Assembly: GCA_964016885.1 (NCBI GenBank)
Contig: OZ024747.1
Location: forward strand, 5,146,001 to 5,210,000
Length of the DNA stretch: 64,000 bases
Direction: 5' to 3'
Source: Eledone cirrhosa
Taxonomy: Eukaryota
Shown here one piece after another: positions 59,443 through 64,000 of this stretch. The notes under the pieces are model-generated. The model saw only the letters and a program-made list of their open reading frames with translations, made no database searches and was not told where the DNA came from. The number at the start of each line of letters is the position of its first letter. Within the stretch, counting starts at the first letter, position 1. The translations under genes and the position numbers were made by a program.

Positions 59443-60029
59443 CCCCCATTGTTACATAAAGTTCGTGGTTTCTAATGTTTTGGCTTCTTTTAGTCAAAAT
59501 AAAAGACAAATGCTAAGTAAAGAACAGCTAGAATTTATAAGAAAATTAATTAAACAAATATAAGAATAACTAAAAACTTGGTAAAACTGAATTGAGTCAA
59601 ACCATAAAAAGTTAGTACTTTTTTAAAAATGAATAAATAATAGTATAGAAAAAGCCGTCCGGTAAATCGAATTTATGAAAAGCGATATCCGGATAAGCGA
59701 AGATGCACTGTATAAATATAGACGTATAGAATAACGAACCGATGTAAGGGACGTAATTTGAAAAAGAAAGTTTTTTCGAAATCAGTGAGTGTAATGAAAG
59801 AACATACATATATATATATATAAATACATCATCGGAGAAAGCTTTTAGCGATACTCCGGCCAATATATATATGTATATTTATATATATATATATTTATTA
59901 AAATAACAGATTAAAGTTTAAGCAAAGAATCGCTGCTTTCACCTGCTGAATACAAATCACCAGTTGCAATACAAGCGAACGATTTGGAAAATATCTGAAA
60001 AATTAATTAGCGAATGTGGTGGGGTGTCT

Positions 60030-60145
60030 CAGTTCAAATCCCGCCGAGGTTAACTTTGCCTTTCATCTTTACGGGGTCTATAAAATAAAGTACCAGTAAT
60101 GTACTGGGTAATTGCTGGCCTTGCGCCAAATGTAGAAACAATTAT
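60030..60145 (+). mobile_element. SINE family 1, 5'-truncated
   Basis: B-box, core and tail. Confidence 0.8.
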
Positions 60146-61414
60146 TCAAGACTTGAGAGTATATAGTTATCAACTTCAATAGCTGCTCCCTCTGATGGGT
60201 CGATTTGGGGTAGTATCTTTTTTTTTTCCTTCTGCCCATTTCTCATATTAATATTACATCTCAGCTTCAGTGTACAGGAGTATCCTGATTATTACTTCCC
60301 ACGCTGCTATGTAATCCAGAATACCTCTGATCCTTTCAACACAAACACTGATAAATATATTATCTTCATCTCTTTATATCATATATAACTGAGTCTACCT
60401 TCTCTTCTGATTCAGCCCCCCAACATGTTTGTTCAATCTTTCCATGCCTACCTATAATTAGGAACCTAGTGGCAGAAATAAATAGAATCCTCAACTTAAA
60501 CTCTACAGAATGGTTTTGTATCACAGATCCTCGCTCCGTCTTCAATCCCTGTACTATATCTGTAACCTCTATGTACTAGGAAGTAGCCATTACAGTGTTA
60601 ATCAAAAGTGTAAGCTACTGGACCTCCATATTATCTCATGAGTGAACACAGAAGCAACTAACTTTCAGTATGAGCAATTTATGTAATGAGAGATGTTTTC
60701 TAATACAAAATATTTTATTAAAAACTTCACATTAATAAAATGGTTTTCATTGCTTTATCAATTTAAAAAATAGCAAAATGAAATTTTCAAAAAATACAAA
60801 TACAAGTTATAAAATATTTTCATACAAACATTTTGTTATAGAATGTAGATTGAACATTAAATATTAAATATCAATAATATAAATAACAAAGATTTTAATT
60901 GGTCCTGATATTTTGAGTAAAATATCCCTCTATAAAGATGTTAGTAGAAAGAAAGAGAAAGATGTGCAATACATCCATTAGGTTAGCATGATGATTTGTG
61001 GGAGCAATTCAAAAGACCATGGAAAGTTTAAGTCTAGTATGTTTGAGATCGAGTTTTTAGTTGGTGGGTTATTAAGATAACAAGAATGGAATTTGGTTGG
61101 GGTAGTGGTGCTACTCATAGTAGTATTGACGTTGTTGAAGGTGTTAGGAGCAGACAACCATCCAAGCTGGTAAGGACTCTGGCAAAAGTTTGCATCGATA
61201 TCCAGTTTCAATTTGTCGAGGTTTTGTATCAAAATATATTTAAGGCTGAGAAGTTGATTTCTGTGTAACAGAGCAATCTAGTTAGATCAGAGATGAGATG
61301 TTGGGTGTTGATGATGGACTGTATACTGGTGCCGATTGGTGTATTAATGTCTGGGATATTAAGGTAGGGCTGTTGTACTCAAAGCTGATATTAGTTAAAG
61401 TCTGTCCCAAGCCT

Positions 61415-61640
61415 GGAGGCTTTCTTGTAACCTATGAAAGCCATTGCCAAGTTCTTTTTCATTCGCTTGCAGTTCCTTAGAATCGCCTTATCAATTAACA
61501 ACTGGTCCTTTCTTCCCCCTGGACCCTCTACAACACCCCTTCTGTTCATTTAGAAGGAGATTTGCCTCTTCGAGATGTGAGGTGTTTGTACATTTTGTTC
61601 CCAATATTCATGTGTTAGACGAGTTGTCCCATTGTGAGAC
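61415..61640 (-). mobile_element. R4/Dong-like non-LTR retrotransposon RT fragment
   Basis: With one frameshift: EQKGCCRGSRG..DQLLIDKAILRNCKRMKKNLAMAFIGYKKA. Confidence 0.7.
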
Positions 61641-62082
61641 AGCCAGGTCATGGGACCATGTTTTGCTGACTCAGAACTGATTTTGGGTTGGTTTCTATGG
61701 CTGGATGCCCTTCACAAATAAATATATATATATATATTTATTTATTTATATACAGGCTGTTTCTCAAAACATATGTGAACATTCTCTATGTCAATTGGTA
61801 GAGTGGAGATGTCTGCTATTCTTTGTAAGGCAGAAATTGAATTCCAGTTATATTTCACTTTAATACAATTACTTTAATTCCTCTGAAGATAGCGAGTTAT
61901 GTAGAAGTTATTGCAAATTGAATCTGTTATATTTTGTATGTATTGATTTTGATTATATGAATTGCACTTAACATTCTTTCAGTAATTCAATGTAAAACTC
62001 TATTAACTCTTGAAATATATGTAAGGAATTAAAAATGATTTAAAAACTAATTTTTCCATCTATATATCTATCTAATATGTGT

Positions 62083-62162
<80 letters not shown>

Positions 62163-62278
62163 AGGGAGCTTCGAAAACTTTGATATCAATGGTTTGTTCC
62201 CAAGGTTGTCATATTAAAATATATATTGTGAATTAATGCTATAATTGTTTCTACTTTTGGCATATTATCGATTTCTCA

Positions 62279-62390
62279 GTTCAAATCCCGCCGAGGTTGA
62301 CTTTGCCTTTCATCCTTACGGGGTCGATAAAATAAAGTACCAGTAATGCACTGGGTAATTGCTGGCCTTGTGCCTAAAGTAGAAACAATT
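62279..62390 (+). mobile_element. SINE family 1, 5'-truncated, with 18-bp TSD
   Basis: Direct repeat attatcgatttctcagtt at 62264-62281 and 62388-62405. Confidence 0.85.
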
Positions 62391-64000
62391 ATCGATTTCT
62401 CAGTTATTTCAAGTGGATTTACAATACTTTGTGGATTGTACTTCTTCTTGTGGTTTGTAAACAGAAAACAAAACAGGTTTTGAAAATAAATCTAAAAATC
62501 TGATAAAACTTTCTTAAAATCCGATCTAGGATGTGTTTGTTGCGTTAACTGAAATAGTTACAGCTGATATTGGCAAGGGAGATCACTGTGTTGTGTTTGT
62601 TCCGCATCTTTGAAATCACAGCCTACAATTAATTATAACAGGTACTTTTAAAGATCGGAACTATTATTGTTTAGACACGGCACAAGTGTCTAAATTATCT
62701 AGATAATATTGCATAAGTTCTTGTTTGTATGAGTGTATATATATGTGTGTGTATAAATATGTATAAACACGAAGGTCGGTTGAAAAGTTCATAGGCTGTC
62801 TATGAAGGAGTGATATATGTTACGTTAACTAAATAGAAAACAAAGAAAATTATTAGAAAATAATAAAACATAAATATAAATAATATAGAAATTTGATAAG
62901 TTGAAGGAATTGAAATTGCAACATAATATGGGCTTTTTATCGAGTCTGTGGAGTTGATTTATCGATCAGCTATGTCTTACATTAACAAGGGAAATCACTC
63001 AGTTATGTATTATAATTCCATTTATATCTAGGATGCTCGGTAAACAAATACTTGAACAAATATTGATTTTTAACAAAGGAACAAAACCATATATTTTGAT
63101 GAGAGGTAATTAATCGAATAAATGTGATTTTTTCAAAAGGGCCGTAACTACATGCAACAAGGCATTTTGTCTGACTCTTTAACGCTTCTGTCAGTCTTTA
63201 CCATTTTCATTAGTGTATTTAATTCCATTTTGGGACGCATATATTAGTCAAACTCCCGTTCCCGATCCCTAAGACATTAAACATTTAAACGTGTATTATA
63301 TATTTTACTAGGCATTTCGACCTTTTGTATAAATCCACCCTCCCCTTGAAATTGAACTGGCGGCAGGTTTAGTGAGAGTATTTATAAGGACCTATATATA
63401 TACATATATATATATATGTGTGTATGTGTAGTCTTTTTATAAGTAATACGTTTTTTTTTTATTATATGCAATAAAAGTCGATGGGAGGGGATAATCACCT
63501 GCATAAGCTTGTTATAAAAGCAGGTATTAAATTCATCTTGTCTTCATTCTTAGTGCAAGCTTTGAAAAAATAATAGAAGTATAAAAAAACCGCATTATTT
63601 ATGGGGTGTCCCTATATATATGCTTAAAATTTGTGAAATATATCCTGTCATTAGTTGTCTCCCTTTAATAAACTGTGGTTTCAAAGGAATATGTCAACAT
63701 GTGACTGATAATTTGGACCCAATAAGACCTATTTTGAGCTTTCGTTATTGTCTCTGAAAACATTATTTACATGTGCAGCCTAAATACACAGCATAAAGCA
63801 CACAAAAGCAAGATAGCGTAAGACAAAACAAAGGGGAGGCATAAAATAACAAATTAGTCACTGTGGATGTCACAGAATGTGTGATGAAAGAACTTTGACA
63901 ATAAATAAACAACCATCCAGTTATTAGACCAACCAACTGGACATTTGTAATAAATTGAGGTGAAAACCAACAGGTGCCTGTGTTTTTATTGGCATCATGA

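Overview
AT-rich, microsatellite-dense animal DNA, most likely from a coleoid cephalopod (octopus-like), inferred from the protocadherin style and the SINE/microsatellite landscape. One protein-coding gene is supported: a + strand protocadherin with 3 coding exons (9046-11463, 20636-20789, 33346-33620). The splice phases match and give about 948 aa: signal peptide, 6 cadherin repeats, TM and cytoplasmic tail. Nearly all other ORFs in the track are simple-repeat artefacts. The rest is repeats: tRNA-derived SINEs, RTE- and R4/Dong-like LINE remnants, a non-autonomous Helitron, hAT- and Tc1-like MITEs, minisatellites and a 200-N gap. The most striking signal is a set of unrelated small non-coding elements sitting in (TA)n microsatellites, usually as fold-back inverted repeats. 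They carry type I hammerhead ribozyme folds (4218-4313, 14127-14222, 15249-15315/15061-15127, 40236-40345) with long helix II, palindromic helix III and core variants (U3-A8, A9U). One is a 590-nt terminally redundant unit resembling a retrozyme or Penelope-like pLTR. Ribozyme calls come from manual base-pairing only; activity is untested.
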